NCBI GenBank assembly: GCA_963666485.2
Contig: CAXXUO010000009.1
Location: 320,001 to 384,000 of the forward strand
Source: Syntrophorhabdaceae bacterium
GTDB taxonomy: Bacteria > Desulfobacterota > Syntrophorhabdia > Syntrophorhabdales > Syntrophorhabdaceae
DNA: 64,000 nt
Direction of reading: 5' to 3'
In this document: positions 61,431-64,000 of the stretch, piece after piece
How positions within the stretch are numbered: the first letter of the stretch is position 1
How the letters are laid out: each line of letters begins with the position of its first letter
The notes under the pieces: generated by a model
What the model saw: the letters and a program-made list of their open reading frames with translations, nothing else
What the model was told of the DNA's origin: nothing
The model's database searches: none
Translations under genes and position numbers: made by a program

Positions 61431-63206
61431 ATGGTCCAAAAGAACCCGGACAAGAACGACATATATCAGGCTTTTTTTCAATCGTCAGAGATAGCCGCGA
61501 TAATCGCCGACTCCGACGGGGCGATACTACACGCAAACCGGCAATTCCTCAAGCTTTCTAAATACAGAAAAACAGAGATACATAAGAAGGCATGGCCGGA
61601 ACTGATCGTCAGCGCCGACCTGACCAAAACGAAGGAGCACCGCGAATTTATCGACAACAACGGCCCCGACACGGCGCAAAGCACGAATTTCAAGCTCGCC
61701 TTGAGGGACGGTTCCGTCCGGGATGTGCTGATAATCCGCAATCGGCTGAAGGACAAAGGGTATCTGGCGGTATCATTTATCGATATTACCGAGTACGTCA
61801 AAGCCGGAAAACGGATAAGCATCAGTGAGGAAAAATACCGGTCGCTTATCGAATCTACCGATGATTCCGTCTATATGGTCGACCGGGAATGCAGGTATCT
61901 TTTTGTCAACAGGCAGGTACTCGGCCGTCTCGGCATCGATGAAGCCGATATGATAGGCAGGCGATACGCCGACTTTCACAATGCCGATGACAGCTTTGAT
62001 TTTACCGGGTACGTGGAAAAGGTTTTTGAATGGAACACGTCGCTGAGTTACGAACATAAGAGCGACAACGGGAAACGATGTACGTTGAGGACGCTGAGCC
62101 CAATACTGGACCCAAAGACCGGTGAGATAAAATGCGTTGCCGTCATATCGAAAGATATCACCGAGCTTAAGAAGACGGAGGAGAAACTAAAATATCTCAG
62201 TCTGCACGATCCCCTGACCAATCTTTACAACCGTGCGTACTTCGAAGAGGAAATGCACCGGCTCGACAATAGCCGCTTTGAATTGGTCGGCCTGATCATG
62301 TGCGACATAGACGGGTTGAAGCTTATCAACGATACGCTGGGGCACGAGAAAGGTGACGAACTTCTCATGAGGGCCTCCCATATCATCAGGAAGTCTTTCC
62401 GGGAAAACGACGTCGTTGCGCGCGTCGGGGGCGATGAATTCGCAGTCCTCCTTCCCAACACCCCCCGTTCCAAGGTTGAAGAGATATGCGCCAGGATAAA
62501 AAGCAGCATTGCGGATTATAACAAGAAGAACCGCAGCCTGCCGCTCGGCATCTCCATCGGCTTTTCCATCCGCAGCGGGCCCGGTCAGAGCATGGCCGAA
62601 TTATACCGGGAAGCCGACAACGGCATGTACAAGGAAAAGCTGTTCGGAAGCCAGCAGTTCCGGGGTGTGATAGTGACCAACCTCCTCAGCACGATCGAGG
62701 ACATCGGCATCACAACCCGACACTCGGCGCGCAGGTTGAAAAAACTGGTCACAGCCCTGGGAGAAGCGGTCGGACTTCCCGAAAAAAGGATGAAGGACCT
62801 GGTCCTCCTTGCCCAGTTTCACGATATTGGAAATATCGGAGTTCACCACCGGACGCTTCTCAAGGAGGGGGTCCTGACCCCGGACGAGCTCGTTGAAATT
62901 CGCAAGCATTGCGACATTGGCCATCGTATCGCCCAGTCGTCAGCCAGTCTGACCCATATCGCGGAACATATCCTCAAACATCATGAATGGTGGAACGGGG
63001 GCGGATACCCGTTAGGTATTTCGGGCGATGACATCCCCCTCGAAAGCCGCATCATAGCCATCGCCGATGCGTACGAAGCGATGACCGGCGGGCGGCCGCA
63101 CCGTAAAGCGATCTCCAGGAAGAAGGCCCTCCAGGAATTGAAAGATTGCGCGGGCAAACAGTTCGATCCTGAACTGGTCACGGCATTCGTCCAGGCCATA
63201 TCCTAG
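61431..63206 (+). CDS. PAS-PAS-GGDEF-HD-GYP protein
   Basis: Intact GGDEF; HDIG; HHEWWNGGGYP; QFDP. Confidence 0.92.
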   Translation: MVQKNPDKNDIYQAFFQSSEIAAIIADSDGAILHANRQFLKLSKYRKTEIHKKAWPELIVSADLTKTKEHREFIDNNGPDTAQSTNFKLALRDGSVRDVLIIRNRLKDKGYLAVSFIDITEYVKAGKRISISEEKYRSLIESTDDSVYMVDRECRYLFVNRQVLGRLGIDEADMIGRRYADFHNADDSFDFTGYVEKVFEWNTSLSYEHKSDNGKRCTLRTLSPILDPKTGEIKCVAVISKDITELKKTEEKLKYLSLHDPLTNLYNRAYFEEEMHRLDNSRFELVGLIMCDIDGLKLINDTLGHEKGDELLMRASHIIRKSFRENDVVARVGGDEFAVLLPNTPRSKVEEICARIKSSIADYNKKNRSLPLGISIGFSIRSGPGQSMAELYREADNGMYKEKLFGSQQFRGVIVTNLLSTIEDIGITTRHSARRLKKLVTALGEAVGLPEKRMKDLVLLAQFHDIGNIGVHHRTLLKEGVLTPDELVEIRKHCDIGHRIAQSSASLTHIAEHILKHHEWWNGGGYPLGISGDDIPLESRIIAIADAYEAMTGGRPHRKAISRKKALQELKDCAGKQFDPELVTAFVQAIS

Positions 63207-63214
63207 AATATTAT

Positions 63215-64000
63215 TTAAAGAAAAAGATCTGTGAATGCGAAGCGTTCGCCGTCAAAAAGACCCCTGTCGCTTAGTTTGAGCTTCGGTATGACAACGAGCG
63301 CCATGAAAGAGAGCGTCATGAAGGGTGCACTGAGGGAACATCCCAGTTCGTGGGCGAGCATATTCATGCGGCTGTATTTCTGCGCGACGCTGTAGCCGTC
63401 ATCATCGGACATTATCCCGGCTACCTGCAGGGGCAGCACCATCTTCATATCGTCAGAAACAAGTGAGATCCCCCCTCTTTTTTCGATAACGCAATTGACC
63501 GCCTGACAGAGCATGTCATCGGACGTGCCCACGACAATAATGTTATGCGAATCGTGGGCTATCGACGAGGCCATAGCGCCTTTCTTGAGGTTGAATCCCC
63601 GTATGAATGCAACGGCGGGCGGCCCGTCGGAATAACGGTTGACGACGGATATCTTGAGAAGATCGTTGCTGGTATCGCACATCAGCTTGCCGTCCTTCAC
63701 AGGGACATCAGCGGTCGATGAACCGGTGATCAGCTGCCCGTCGATGGCCTCGATGACGCGAACCGACCCCGATGTCCCTCGGACGGCGAAGTCATCCGGT
63801 TGTTTTACCGATGCGTTGAAAACGTTGATGGGCTTCGGTGCCGTATGCGCGATCCTGCTCATGCCGTCCTCGGCAACAATCTGTCCCCGCACTATCGTCT
63901 TCAAGACGTTAAACGACTCAAGGTTATCGACGACGATCATGTCCGCCGGGTCCGATACGCGCAGCAGGCCGACATTGAGCCCGTAATGCCCGACGGGATT
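63215..64000 (-). CDS. ade: Adenine deaminase, C-terminal part (runs off the window)
   Basis: ASSIAHDSHN, LPLQVAGIMS and PFMTLSFMAL..IP.LKL..GLFD. Confidence 0.9.
   Translation of the reverse strand, partial: NPVGHYGLNVGLLRVSDPADMIVVDNLESFNVLKTIVRGQIVAEDGMSRIAHTAPKPINVFNASVKQPDDFAVRGTSGSVRVIEAIDGQLITGSSTADVPVKDGKLMCDTSNDLLKISVVNRYSDGPPAVAFIRGFNLKKGAMASSIAHDSHNIIVVGTSDDMLCQAVNCVIEKRGGISLVSDDMKMVLPLQVAGIMSDDDGYSVAQKYSRMNMLAHELGCSLSAPFMTLSFMALVVIPKLKLSDRGLFDGERFAFTDLFL

Overview
Chromosomal window from an anaerobic deltaproteobacterium (Desulfobacterota, Syntrophorhabdus-like; inferred from gene content such as a PxxKW protein, tungstate transporters and a DRTGG pair). Bases 1-21 kb are housekeeping: secE, tRNA-Trp, rpmG, tuf, a Thr-Tyr-Gly-Thr tRNA cluster, rpsT, leuS-lptE, xerC-hslVU-argBDFG, der and a Lon-like protease. 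Bases 21-36 kb hold signalling and secreted-protein genes, and 51.5-64 kb holds tupAABC, proS and metabolic genes. The main find is a compact cluster of about 15 kb (36.6-51.4 kb) that reads as a miniaturised type IVB (Dot/Icm / IncI Tra-like) secretion system. It has DotL-, DotO-, DotB-, DotC-, DotH-, DotG-, VirB8/DotI- and IcmC/IcmD-like parts plus three tandem paralogous secreted proteins. No relaxase, integrase or DotM is visible, and a VirB6-like gene lies stranded 7.3 kb away. The second find is an unannotated candidate sigma54-dependent small RNA (about 13711-13809) with a palindromic upstream activator site. The window also contains CGTC-type REP doublets and arrays, heptamer microsatellites, and a large secreted protein with a papain-like Cys-His-Asp triad. 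All family calls come from motif recognition by eye; no database search was run.
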